The position numbers were made by a program, and so were the translations under genes. A model generated the notes under the pieces. It was not told where the DNA came from, did no database searches, and worked only from the letters and a program-made list of their open reading frames with translations. A DNA stretch of 64,000 nucleotides from assembly GCA_958352815.1 (NCBI GenBank), contig CATWQA010000002.1, positions 21,832 through 85,831 on the forward strand, given 5' to 3'. Below, piece after piece: positions 1 through 8,300 of the stretch; the stretch's first letter is position 1; the number at the start of each line of letters is the position of its first letter. The DNA comes from an uncultured Eubacteriales bacterium. GTDB lineage: Bacteria > Bacillota > Clostridia > Monoglobales > Monoglobaceae.

Positions 1-1132
1 CCTTGTATTCAACTGAGGGAGCGGTTGTCACCAAATCTAAGTTGAACTCACGCTCCAGCCGTTCCTGTATAATCTCCATGTGCAAAAGCCCCAAAAATCC
101 GCACCTGAACCCGAAGCCCAGAGCGATTGAGGTCTCAGCCTCAAAGTTGAGAGCCGCGTCGTTCAGCTTGAGCTTTTCGAGAGCCTCCCGCAGGTCGTCA
201 TAACGGGCTCCGTCCGCAGGATATATACCGCTGTACACCATGGACTTTACCTCTTTATAGCCGGGCAGGGGCTCCGCCGCGCTGTTTGAAGCCGTTGTCA
301 CCGTATCGCCCACGTGAACGTCCTGAACGTTCTTAATGCTGGCGGTGATAAAACCAACCTCTCCGGCTAAAATCTCATCTGAGGGAACCATGCCGTTGGG
401 GTGGAGATAACCCACGTCAACCACGTCAAATTCGCTTCCCGTTGCCATCATTTTTATTCTCTGGCCGGGCTTCAGGCTGCCGTCAACAATTCTGCAATAT
501 ACAATAACGCCCTTGTATGCGTCATAGTAGGAGTCGAAAATAAGCGCCTTTAAGGGAGCGTCCTCGTCACCCTCCGGCGGGGGAATAAGCTCCACAATCT
601 TTTCCAGAACCGCTTCTATGTTTATGCCGTTCTTTGCAGAAATCAAGGGCGCATTCTCCCCGTCAATTCCGATTACGTCCTCAATCTCCTGCTTAACTTC
701 GTCAGGTCTTGCGCTGGGCAGGTCTATCTTGTTTATAACGGGAACAATCTCCAAATCGTGCTCCAGAGCAAGATAGGTGTTCGCCAAGGTCTGAGCTTCA
801 ATGCCCTGAGCCGCGTCCACAACCAGAACCGCGCCCTCGCAGGCAGCCAGAGAACGGGAAACCTCGTAGTTAAAGTCCACGTGCCCCGGGGTGTCAATCA
901 GGTTCAGCTCGTACTCAACGCCGTCCTTTGCCTTGTAAATCAGCTTTACCGCCCGCGCCTTAATGGTAATTCCCCGCTCGCGCTCAAGCTCCATATTATC
1001 CAAAATCTGCGCCTGCATCTCCCTCTGGGTCAGCGCCCCGGTAAACTCCAAAAGCCTGTCCGCAAGGGTGCTCTTTCCGTGGTCAATGTGCGCTATGATA
1101 GAAAAGTTCCTAATCTTATCTCGGCGATTCAT
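1..1132 (-). CDS. lepA: Translation elongation factor 4 (LepA), first ~377 codons; the 3' end lies beyond the window start
   Basis: Absent from the ORF track because it is open at the window edge. Reverse translation from ATG 1130-1132 gives [28 protein letters not shown]...DTPGHVDF...NKIDLP. GGAGG sits 7 nt upstream. Confidence 0.9.
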   Translation of the reverse strand, partial: MNRRDKIRNFSIIAHIDHGKSTLADRLLEFTGALTQREMQAQILDNMELERERGITIKARAVKLIYKAKDGVEYELNLIDTPGHVDFNYEVSRSLAACEGAVLVVDAAQGIEAQTLANTYLALEHDLEIVPVINKIDLPSARPDEVKQEIEDVIGIDGENAPLISAKNGINIEAVLEKIVELIPPPEGDEDAPLKALIFDSYYDAYKGVIVYCRIVDGSLKPGQRIKMMATGSEFDVVDVGYLHPNGMVPSDEILAGEVGFITASIKNVQDVHVGDTVTTASNSAAEPLPGYKEVKSMVYSGIYPADGARYDDLREALEKLKLNDAALNFEAETSIALGFGFRCGFLGLLHMEIIQERLEREFNLDLVTTAPSVEYK

Positions 1133-1208
1133 CAATATACCTCCAAGTTTAAATCATCCTCGTAATATTTTAACACAACACGCCCGGAATAGCAACATTT
1201 TTTTCAAA

Positions 1209-1964
1209 TCAAATATAAAGCTCGTTGTTCTTTCTCTCGCTGCACGCCTCTTTTATCGCCGCTGCCACCATGCTCACAACCGCCTCATCCACCTTTCTGG
1301 CAGACTTTGGACACTTCACCATGCATCGCATACATGAAATGCACTTTTCGCTGTCCGTAACCGTTACGTCGCTTTTGCTTATGGCTCCTGCGGGACAGTT
1401 TTTCGCACACAGACCGCATTTTACGCAATCCTTTGTAGCTTTCGGCACTAAGCCTGAGCCGCCCCTCTTTTTATACGGACGGTTGCCCGGAATATTAAGC
1501 GGGCTTTCCGCCGAAGTATGTAGCTTGTCGCTGATTTGCTTTCCCAGCCTGCGCAGATCCTTTTCGTCCTCTGCGTCGGGTCTGCCCGCCGCGTATTGGT
1601 GGATAATGGAATGCTCCGCAACGGCAGCCACCGCCGCTTCAACCTTAAAGCCTGCCTCCTCCGCCCTGTCGCTCATTTCAACGAGAGTGTCCTCATAGGC
1701 TCTGTTGCCGTAAACGCACACCACAACCGTCTTTGCGTTGTTGCCCTTGATTTCCGACAAACGGTTTAAAGCAACCTCCGGCGCGCGTCCGCCAAAGGAG
1801 GGCATCGCTATGATTGCAATGCTCCCCTCCTCCAAGGAACAGCCCGCAAAATTCGGATCTGACAGGTCTATGGCAACAATGTCGCCGCCCGACTCTTCGG
1901 CGATTATGTCCGCCGCCTTTTCCGTGCCACCTGTGGGACTGAATATAATCTTGTAAACCTTCAT
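1209..1964 (-). CDS. Flavodoxin-like protein fused to a 2x[4Fe-4S] ferredoxin domain
   Basis: 251 aa ORF with a flavodoxin-like N-terminus (KIIFSPTGGTEK). The C-terminus carries CxxCxxCxxxCP twice (CVKCGLCAKNCP, CISCMRCMVKCP). Confidence 0.75.
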   Translation of the reverse strand: MKVYKIIFSPTGGTEKAADIIAEESGGDIVAIDLSDPNFAGCSLEEGSIAIIAMPSFGGRAPEVALNRLSEIKGNNAKTVVVCVYGNRAYEDTLVEMSDRAEEAGFKVEAAVAAVAEHSIIHQYAAGRPDAEDEKDLRRLGKQISDKLHTSAESPLNIPGNRPYKKRGGSGLVPKATKDCVKCGLCAKNCPAGAISKSDVTVTDSEKCISCMRCMVKCPKSARKVDEAVVSMVAAAIKEACSERKNNELYI

Positions 1965-2064
1965 TCTATCACCTCATAAATGTATTCAAACTAAATCGGA
2001 GCAACGCTCCGTCAGCCACATCTATATTGTAGCATATTGTTTCATATTTATCAATGATTAGATT

Positions 2065-2136
2065 GGGGTTTGGGGCAACGCCCCAATCGGTTTCCCCGAA
2101 GGGGAAAAACCGATACCGCCCGGGTCCGGCGGGCGG
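2065..2136 (+). repeat. Module A copy 1: triple-hairpin repeat
   Basis: ggggTTTGGGGCaacGCCCCAAtcGGTTTCCCCgaaGGGGAAAAACCgataCCGCCCGGgtCCGGCGGGCGG. Confidence 0.85.
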
Positions 2137-2160
2137 ATATTATCCGCCCCTACGAAATTG
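2131..2160 (+). repeat. D-type terminal hairpin variant fused to A1
   Basis: GGGCGGATattATCCGCCCctacgaaattg. Compare 31971-32002 and 55525-55658. Confidence 0.6.
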
Positions 2161-2220
2161 GTGGGTTAAATATGAGACAATCCCGTTTGTGTCTACTTTA
2201 TGGGGTATAGTTTAATCCGA

Positions 2221-2255
2221 CGCATTTCTACACTATACACTCTACATTCTACACT
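2221..2255 (-). repeat. Module C copy 1: 4 x TGTAGAR heptad block
   Basis: The minus strand reads TAG-TGTAGAA-TGTAGAG-TGTATAG-TGTAGAA-ATGCG. The leading TAG is the gpr stop codon. Confidence 0.85.
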
Positions 2256-3261
2256 ATTTATACCTATCCACATCCCTCAGCGTTATCCCCCTATTGACGG
2301 CTATATTTATACCGTTGGCAACCACCGAGGAAATATCGTCTATAACCGTGTCCACATCCTTTGGGGCAACGATAAAGCTGCCGAACTTAGGTTTTATAAC
2401 CTCACGGATTAAGTCATATTTTTCGTCTGCCATGTCCCCGATTATTTTTAAAATCTGTCTTGTGGGTTTATCCTTTATGGAATTTGCCTTGCCTCGGCTT
2501 GCGGCGTCGGTGAGCATATCAAGGGTATCTGCGGCAATGGTGGCGGCGTCCACAACGGTGGGCACGCCTATGGCGATAACCGGTACGCCCAGAGTTTCCT
2601 TATTAAGTCCCTTACGCTTGTTGCCCACGCCCTCTCCCGGGGTTATGCCCGTGTCGGCAATCTGAATTGTGGTGTTTACCCTCTCCATTTTTCTGGAGCA
2701 GAGAGCGTCAATGGCTATAACCAGCCTAGGCTTAATTTTTTCGGTAATGCCCCTGATTATCTCCCCGGTCTCTATTCCGGTGAGCCCCAGCACTCCCGGC
2801 TCAATCCCGCAGACCGACCGCACTCCCTCTTGGATTTCATCGGGAACATACTCCTTTAGGTGGCGGGTTATCATCAATGAGGATATTACCTTGGGTCCCA
2901 GAGCGTCGGCAGTAATATTCCTGTTGCCCAGTCCCACCACCAGTACCACGTCATCGTCACTCGTCAGGAACTTGTCCGTCAGGCTCTTTATCTCCTCAGC
3001 GCAGACGCGGCACATCTCCTCGTAAATTTTCTGCTCACCGTAAAACCTGCCCGGCATCTCTATAGTTATATAGTCGCCCTTTGGCTTTCCCAAGTTTCGC
3101 TCTCCCGCCGAGTTCTGAATTTTAACACGGGTCACCTTGATAATCCCCTGCACCGAATATTCGTCCACGGCTATTCCACTCATTTCGTCTTCTTTTTCCA
3201 CACTCTCGGAGTACAGTTCCTTTGCCTCCAAAGCCAAATCACATCTTATCTGTTCTGCCAC
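2254..3261 (-). CDS. gpr: Germination protease (GPR endopeptidase), spore protease
   Basis: 335 aa with VVGLGNRNITADALGP and GVPVIAIGVPTVVDAATI motifs. GTG start at 3259-3261 with GGAGG 7 nt upstream. Confidence 0.88.
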   Translation of the reverse strand: MAEQIRCDLALEAKELYSESVEKEDEMSGIAVDEYSVQGIIKVTRVKIQNSAGERNLGKPKGDYITIEMPGRFYGEQKIYEEMCRVCAEEIKSLTDKFLTSDDDVVLVVGLGNRNITADALGPKVISSLMITRHLKEYVPDEIQEGVRSVCGIEPGVLGLTGIETGEIIRGITEKIKPRLVIAIDALCSRKMERVNTTIQIADTGITPGEGVGNKRKGLNKETLGVPVIAIGVPTVVDAATIAADTLDMLTDAASRGKANSIKDKPTRQILKIIGDMADEKYDLIREVIKPKFGSFIVAPKDVDTVIDDISSVVANGINIAVNRGITLRDVDRYK

Positions 3262-3290
3262 CTATATACCTCCTTAAACATATATATGTA

Positions 3291-3320
3291 TATTTTTGCA
3301 AATTTCCCTTGAATATATGC
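3291..3320 (-). promoter_or_regulatory. Possible forespore (sigma-G/F-like) promoter for gpr
   Basis: On the minus strand: GCATA (3316-3320), 17 nt, CAAAAATA (3291-3298). This loosely fits GnATR-N17/18-CAtnnTA. Confidence 0.25.
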
Positions 3321-3352
3321 AAAAAGGAGACTGCTTTTGCAATCTCCTTTTT
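3321..3352 (-). terminator. Terminator for the marR-ABC operon
   Basis: AAAAAGGAGA-ctgcttttgcaa-TCTCCTTTTT, which is symmetric. Confidence 0.65.
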
Positions 3353-3373
3353 AAAAACCTGTTTGAAACTGTG

Positions 3374-3388
3374 TTTTGATAAAGGCTT
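3374..3388. repeat. Fragment of the module F terminal repeat
   Basis: ttttgataaaggctt. Confidence 0.4.
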
Positions 3389-3423
3389 ATACTGTGGAAT
3401 TATAATAACTGCAAATCATCAAG

Positions 3424-3453
3424 CTGTAGGGGGCGGCTTCCCAGACGCCCCGC
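3424..3453 (+). repeat. Solo module D terminal hairpin
   Basis: ctgtaGGGGCGgcttcccagaCGCCCCgc, identical to the arms at 60844-60871. Confidence 0.8.
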
Positions 3454-3495
3454 TAATATGGCAACTGTTTTCCAAAGTAAACATTGGTATACTAT

Positions 3496-3600
3496 GCCGC
3501 TAAAGCGGCGGGGACTGCGCGCCTCACGTGCGGTCTGCGACCGCCTGCCGTGCTTGCAATCCGCCTTTTGCAAAAGGCAGATAAACGCCTGCGGTGCAAG
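3496..3600 (+). repeat. Module B copy 1: CACGTG multi-hairpin repeat
   Basis: GCCGCtaaaGCGGC...gcgcgcctCACGTGCGGTCtgcGACCGcctgccgtgcttgcaa..GCCTTTTGCAAAAGGC... Confidence 0.85.
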
Positions 3601-3635
3601 CGCATTTCTACACTCTACACTCTACATTCTACACT
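3601..3635 (-). repeat. Module C copy 2: 4 x TGTAGAR heptad block
   Basis: The minus strand reads TAG-TGTAGAA-TGTAGAG-TGTAGAG-TGTAGAA-ATGCG. The block's leading TAG begins 6 nt after the ABC gene's TGA stop. Confidence 0.85.
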
Positions 3636-3641
3636 ACTTTA

Positions 3642-5558
3642 TCATTCAAGTTCAAATGCGCCGGTATAAAGCTGATAATACTTACCCTTGCGGGCAATAA
3701 GCTCCTCATGGTTACCGCGCTCGATTATTCTGCCGTGTTCAAGCACCATAATCGCATCGGAATTTCTGACGGTGGACAGTCTGTGGGCTATAACAAACGT
3801 GGTTCTGCCCTTCATCAGTCCGTCCATGCCCTTTTCAATAAGAGACTCGGTTCTGGTATCGATAGAGCTTGTTGCCTCGTCCAAAATCAGTACCGGCGGG
3901 TCTGCCACCGCCGCTCTGGCTATTGCCAGCAGCTGTCTTTGACCCTGACTCAGGTTGTCGCCGTCGCCTGTGAGCATTGTATCATAACCCTGAGGCAGGT
4001 GGCTGATGAACCAGTGAGCGTTGGCAATCTTTGCCGCCTCTACGCACTCCTCATCGGTGGCGTCCAGCTTGCCGTATCTGATATTATCCATAACCGTTCC
4101 TGTGAACAGATGGGTGTCCTGAAGCACTATACCCAATGAGCGGCGCAGGTCGCTTTTCTTAATGTGGTTTATGTTTATGCCGTCATACTTAATCTTGCCG
4201 TCGGGCACGTCATAAAACCTGTTAATGAGATTGGTTATCGTTGTCTTGCCCGCTCCCGTAGAACCCACAAAGGCAATCTTCTGCCCCGGCTCGGCATAAA
4301 GAGATATATCGTTGAGCACCGTTTTCTTTCCGTCATAGCTGAAAGTAACGTGCTCAAAATCAACCTTGCCCTTAAGCTCGTTATACTTCACGGTTCCGTC
4401 CTTATCTTTTCTCTTCCACGCCCATCTTCCGGTTCTATGGGCAACCTCGGTTATGTGCCCCGTCTCGTCGTCAATAACCACTCTGGCAAGCTCCGCCTTG
4501 CCCTTGTCAACCTCGGGCTCCTGATCCAGCAGCTCAAAAATTCTCTCCGCGCCTGCCATGGCGTTAAGGATTGATGTCATCTGCTGTGAAATCTGAGTTA
4601 TGGGCTGGGAGAACGAACGGGTGTACTGGAGGAACGCCGCCAGTGAGCCTACCGTCAGCGCAAGCCAGCCTGCTCCGCCGCCGTTGCCGCTGTATATAAC
4701 CAAAGCCGCGCCCAGCATTGCCGTCAACGCATAGTGGACGTAGGACAGATTTCCCATAATAGGCATAAGAATACTGCCGAAGGTGTTGGCGTTGGAGGCT
4801 GCGCCTTCCAGAGCGTTGTTAATATCCGTGAACCGCTCCTTGGACTTATCCTCGTGGCAGAACACCTTTACAACCTTTTGCCCCTCAATCATCTCCTCAA
4901 CGTAGCCGTTGACTGCGCCCAGAGTTCCTTGCTGCTTCTTAAAGTAGTACGCCGACCGCTTTCCCACAAACTTCACAACAAACAGCATAACAACCAGCAT
5001 TGCTATAACAAGCATGGTCAGCATGGGGCTGATTACCAGCATCATAACAAACACCGATACAACCGTAAGCAATGACGAGATAAACTGGGGCACGCTCTGG
5101 GACATCATCATTCTCAAAGCGTCCGCGTCGTTGGTGTAATGGCTCATTATATCGCCGTGGGAATTGGTGTCAAAATACCTGATCGGCAGCTTCTGCATAT
5201 GCTCAAACATCTGGGTGCGCACTGTATACAGTACTCCCGAAGAGATGTTAATCATAATCCTGTTATACGCAAGTGAGGAAGCCGCTCCCAGTATATATAT
5301 GAAAAGCAGCAGCAGTATGGTGTATATAAACCCTGACAAATCGGGGTTCTCACTGCCGATAAACGGCATTATATAGTTGTCTATAATCGGCTCCAGCATA
5401 TAGGTTCCGATTACGTTGGCGGCGCTTGACACAATAACCGCAAGCACTACTATAAACAACTGAAATTTATATTCCTTAAAATATCCGAACAGCCTTCCTG
5501 CGGTTTTTTTGGCATTTTTAGGTTTTTTTATTCCTCTGTTTCCTCTTACCGGCGGCAT
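3642..5558 (-). CDS. ABC exporter, fused permease/ATPase (multidrug/lipid type), second subunit of a heterodimer
   Basis: TM region followed by Walker A GSTGAGKTT, LSQGQRQ signature and ILDEATSS Walker B. I prefer ATG 5556-5558 (AAAGGAG upstream, 1 nt after the upstream stop) over the track start at 5597. Confidence 0.9.
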   Translation of the reverse strand: MPPVRGNRGIKKPKNAKKTAGRLFGYFKEYKFQLFIVVLAVIVSSAANVIGTYMLEPIIDNYIMPFIGSENPDLSGFIYTILLLLFIYILGAASSLAYNRIMINISSGVLYTVRTQMFEHMQKLPIRYFDTNSHGDIMSHYTNDADALRMMMSQSVPQFISSLLTVVSVFVMMLVISPMLTMLVIAMLVVMLFVVKFVGKRSAYYFKKQQGTLGAVNGYVEEMIEGQKVVKVFCHEDKSKERFTDINNALEGAASNANTFGSILMPIMGNLSYVHYALTAMLGAALVIYSGNGGGAGWLALTVGSLAAFLQYTRSFSQPITQISQQMTSILNAMAGAERIFELLDQEPEVDKGKAELARVVIDDETGHITEVAHRTGRWAWKRKDKDGTVKYNELKGKVDFEHVTFSYDGKKTVLNDISLYAEPGQKIAFVGSTGAGKTTITNLINRFYDVPDGKIKYDGININHIKKSDLRRSLGIVLQDTHLFTGTVMDNIRYGKLDATDEECVEAAKIANAHWFISHLPQGYDTMLTGDGDNLSQGQRQLLAIARAAVADPPVLILDEATSSIDTRTESLIEKGMDGLMKGRTTFVIAHRLSTVRNSDAIMVLEHGRIIERGNHEELIARKGKYYQLYTGAFELE

Positions 5559-5559
5559 A

Positions 5560-7290
5560 TTATTCAACTCCTTTCTTCTGGGACTCGTAAACCTCACGAT
5601 AAATCTCGCTGGTCTCTATAAGCTCCTCGTGAGTTCCCACAGCGCTGATACGTCCGTTGTCCATAACCACAATCTTGTCCGCGTTCTCCACAGAGCTTAT
5701 TCTCTGAGCGATGATTATGGTGGTGGTGTCCTTTAGCTTGGTGGCGAAGGCTTCCCGTATAGAAGCGTCTGTTGCCGTATCCACTGCGCTTGTGCTGTCG
5801 TCCAGAATAATAATCTTGGGCTTCTTCAACAGGGCGCGGGCGATACACAGTCTTTGCTTCTGACCGCCGGACACGTTTACGCCGCCCTGACCTAAATCCG
5901 TGTTGTACCCGTCGGGGAACGCCTCAATAAAGTCGTGAGCACAGGCGTCCTTGCACGCCTCGATAACCTGCTCCTTGGTGGCGTTTTCATCGCCCCAGCG
6001 CAGGTTTTCCAAAATGGTACCGCTGAACAAAACGTTGTTTTGCAGAACCATGGACACCGCGTTTCTCAGCTTATCCAGCTTGTATTCACGAACATCGTGT
6101 CCGCCGACGATTACCCGACCCTGGATTACGTCATAAAGCCTTGGTATAAGCTGAACCAGAGAGGTCTTGGCAGAGCCTGTTCCGCCGATAATTCCCACGG
6201 TCTCACCGGATTTAATGTCAAGGTCAATATGGCGAACGGCGCAGTTCATAATATCGTTGTGATAGCTGAATGCTACGTCCTCAAATACGATAGAACCGTC
6301 CTCGGGCTCCAAATTGGGATTGGCGTTTTCGTCAGTTACGTCAATCTTCTCGTTTATAACCTCAACAATTCTGTCACCGCTTGCCTTGGAGTTTACAAGC
6401 TGAATAAACGCCATGGAAATCATCATCAGCGACATAAGTATCTGACCTACATAGGAAATAAAGCTTATGAGCTGACCCGTCTGCATGTTTCCCACAATAA
6501 TCAAGTTTCCGCCGAACCAGAGTATGGCAACGATACAGGCGTATATAACCATCTGCATAACAGGCATGTTTACGGAAATCAGCTTCTCCGCCGCTCTCTG
6601 CACATCTCTTACCTGGGTCGTGGTATTGTTAAACTTCTCGTTCTCGTGATTTTCCCTTACAAACGCCTTGACAACTCTCACGCCGGCAAGGTTCTCCTGA
6701 ACAACGCAGTTAAGTTCGTCCATCTTTTTCAGCATAAGTCTGAACTTGGGAATTGCGAACTTCGACACAAGAGACACCATAACGACAATAACCGGCACGG
6801 CAAACAGAAATACAAGAGACAGCTCTGCGTTAATGGACACGGACATCACAAGAGCCATAACAAACATTATGGGGGCTCGAACGCACATACGCAGCACCAT
6901 CATTGTTGAGTTCTGAATGTTGGTAACGTCTGTGGTAATTCTGGTTATCAGAGACGAGGTGCTGAACCTGTCAATATTTCCAAAGGAAAAGTCCTGGATT
7001 TTATAAAACAGCGCCTGTCTTATATTGGCAGCAAAGCCCGCTGATGCCACCGATGAGGTTCTGGCAGCGGCTGCTCCGAAAAACAGAGACAGCATTGCCA
7101 TAAGCACCATAAGCAAGCCCATCTTTACCACATAACCTATATCCTGATTGGCAATTCCCACGTCAACTATATTTGCCATGATTAGGGGTATGGTGGTTTC
7201 CATAACAACCTCTCCAACCACCAGCAAGGGCGTGATCAGGGAATATTTTCTGTCCTTTTTGGACATTAAATTAATAAGGGTTCTAAGCAT
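5560..7290 (-). CDS. ABC exporter, fused permease/ATPase, first subunit
   Basis: 576 aa with Walker A GGTGSAKTS, signature VSGGQKQR and Walker B IILDDSTSAVD. Confidence 0.9.
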   Translation of the reverse strand: MLRTLINLMSKKDRKYSLITPLLVVGEVVMETTIPLIMANIVDVGIANQDIGYVVKMGLLMVLMAMLSLFFGAAAARTSSVASAGFAANIRQALFYKIQDFSFGNIDRFSTSSLITRITTDVTNIQNSTMMVLRMCVRAPIMFVMALVMSVSINAELSLVFLFAVPVIVVMVSLVSKFAIPKFRLMLKKMDELNCVVQENLAGVRVVKAFVRENHENEKFNNTTTQVRDVQRAAEKLISVNMPVMQMVIYACIVAILWFGGNLIIVGNMQTGQLISFISYVGQILMSLMMISMAFIQLVNSKASGDRIVEVINEKIDVTDENANPNLEPEDGSIVFEDVAFSYHNDIMNCAVRHIDLDIKSGETVGIIGGTGSAKTSLVQLIPRLYDVIQGRVIVGGHDVREYKLDKLRNAVSMVLQNNVLFSGTILENLRWGDENATKEQVIEACKDACAHDFIEAFPDGYNTDLGQGGVNVSGGQKQRLCIARALLKKPKIIILDDSTSAVDTATDASIREAFATKLKDTTTIIIAQRISSVENADKIVVMDNGRISAVGTHEELIETSEIYREVYESQKKGVE

Positions 7291-7320
7291 AAAACTATCT
7301 TCCTCCTTCTACATTAAATT

Positions 7321-7833
7321 TTAGTCGTGCTTAATACATCCGAAATTCGGTTTGGCGGCCTGCTGAAGCCTGAGCATCTCCTTATAGGAAACATTATTTT
7401 CCTTATCTCCGGTCATGTTCATGGTCATCTTGTCAAGCACCTTGCAAAATGTGTCAAGCTCCTCCTCAGGGATTGCACCGAATACCTTTCGGTCAAACTC
7501 GTCAAAAATCTCCCTGCACCGAACAACAGCCTTTATGCCGTCATCGGTTATAAACAGGTTTTTGCATCTGAGGTTGTGTTCGTCCTCCCTTTTTTCAAGA
7601 AGCCCCGCCTTTTGCAGCCGCTTGGTGGAAACCGCAATACTGGCGGCGGACACGCCTAAAAAATCGGCAAGCTCCACCTGGGTGCAGCCGTCATGATTCT
7701 TAACATATTCAAGAACATGAAGCTGCCCGATATACAGCCGTTTTTCCCCGTCACCAAACAGCCCGAACAGCAGGTTGCGCTTTATTATGATGAACTTGTC
7801 GATTTTTCTGTTTATCTCCTTGTAGTTATTCAC
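7321..7833 (-). CDS. MarR-family transcriptional regulator
   Basis: 170 aa with a winged-helix region (QLHVLEYV...CTQVELADFLGVSAASIAVSTKRLQKAGLLEK). It is the first gene of the ABC operon. Confidence 0.85.
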   Translation of the reverse strand: MNNYKEINRKIDKFIIIKRNLLFGLFGDGEKRLYIGQLHVLEYVKNHDGCTQVELADFLGVSAASIAVSTKRLQKAGLLEKREDEHNLRCKNLFITDDGIKAVVRCREIFDEFDRKVFGAIPEEELDTFCKVLDKMTMNMTGDKENNVSYKEMLRLQQAAKPNFGCIKHD

Positions 7834-7860
7834 CGTCTCACCTCCGTTTTATTCGCCGAC

Positions 7861-7884
7861 TAATTATTAACCGTTTAATAATTA
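7861..7884. promoter_or_regulatory. Perfect 10-bp inverted repeat TAATTATTAA-ccgt-TTAATAATTA; candidate MarR operator
   Basis: The palindrome overlaps the -10 and start region of the predicted marR promoter, about 30 nt upstream of the marR start. Confidence 0.45.
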
Positions 7885-7909
7885 TACTTGCCTATAGGAT
7901 AGATGTCAA
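7881..7909 (-). promoter_or_regulatory. Sigma-A type promoter for the marR-ABC operon
   Basis: On the minus strand: TTGACA (7904-7909), 17-nt spacer, TATAAT (7881-7886). Confidence 0.55.
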
Positions 7910-7951
7910 TATGTAAATAGTGAATATTTTATGAACAAACTGTGAATATCC

Positions 7952-8011
7952 GGGCTCCGCCCCCCCCAATCGGTTTCCCCGAAGGGGAACCCGGCACCCT
8001 CCGAGCGGGTG
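7952..8011 (+). repeat. Module A copy 2 (degenerate)
   Basis: gggctccgccccccccaatcGGTTTCCCCgaaGGGGAACCcggcaccctccgagcgggtg. Confidence 0.65.
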
Positions 8012-8064
8012 ACAGGTGTATCAATGAAAGAGTATAAATTATGTGGGATAAATTGCAATTAATC

Positions 8065-8172
8065 CGCGCCTGCGCGCCTCACGTGCGGTCTGCGACCGCC
8101 TACCGTGCTTGCAAGCCGCCTTTACCAAAAGGCGGCAGAATGCGCCTATGGCGCAGCTATAGATATATTACA
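8065..8172 (+). repeat. Module B copy 2, flanked by an 8-bp direct repeat AATTAATC
   Basis: cgcgcctgcgcgcctCACGTGCGGTCtgcGACCGcctaccgtgcttgcaaGCCGCCTTTaccAAAAGGCGGC... The direct repeats lie at 8057-8064 and 8173-8180. Confidence 0.8.
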
Positions 8173-8212
8173 AATTAATCAAAGCCTGACGGTGTTTGAT
8201 ACAAAATAACCC

Positions 8213-8241
8213 TTGACACATTATGCAATTTAGTATACAAT
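8213..8241 (+). promoter_or_regulatory. Sigma-A type promoter for ileS
   Basis: TTGACA 8213-8218, 17-nt spacer, TACAAT 8236-8241. The leader is only ~60 nt, so there is no room for a T-box. Confidence 0.55.
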
Positions 8242-8300
8242 ATTTAGGTTAATAATTTATTGTAGAATATCATCATTTTTATAGAATTGGAGGGATTTAA

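Noticed and set aside
2221-2255. The TGTAGAR heptads could be a TRAP-type (G/U)AG triplet array.
   Set aside because: The UAG triplets are spaced by 2 and then 4 nt, and there are only five of them. TRAP needs about 9-11 triplets with 2-3 nt spacers and is associated with trp genes. The context here (after gpr and an ABC gene) does not fit.
5935-6909. Long antisense ORFs inside well-supported genes. Examples: 5935-6909 (324 aa), 57627-58673 (348 aa), 49947-50933 (328 aa), 46829-47620 (263 aa), 35737-36528 (263 aa) and 45396-46690.
   Set aside because: Each lies opposite a gene with clear family motifs. Their composition is low-complexity or skewed, and I recognise no motifs or RBS. These look like typical shadow ORFs.
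7834-8300. A T-box leader was expected upstream of ileS, and likewise upstream of cysE-cysS at 26253-26441.
   Set aside because: I found no T-box core (…GGUGGUACCGCG…), specifier-loop architecture or terminator/antiterminator pair. The distance from promoter to start codon is only about 60 nt in both cases. The long spacers are filled by repeat modules instead.
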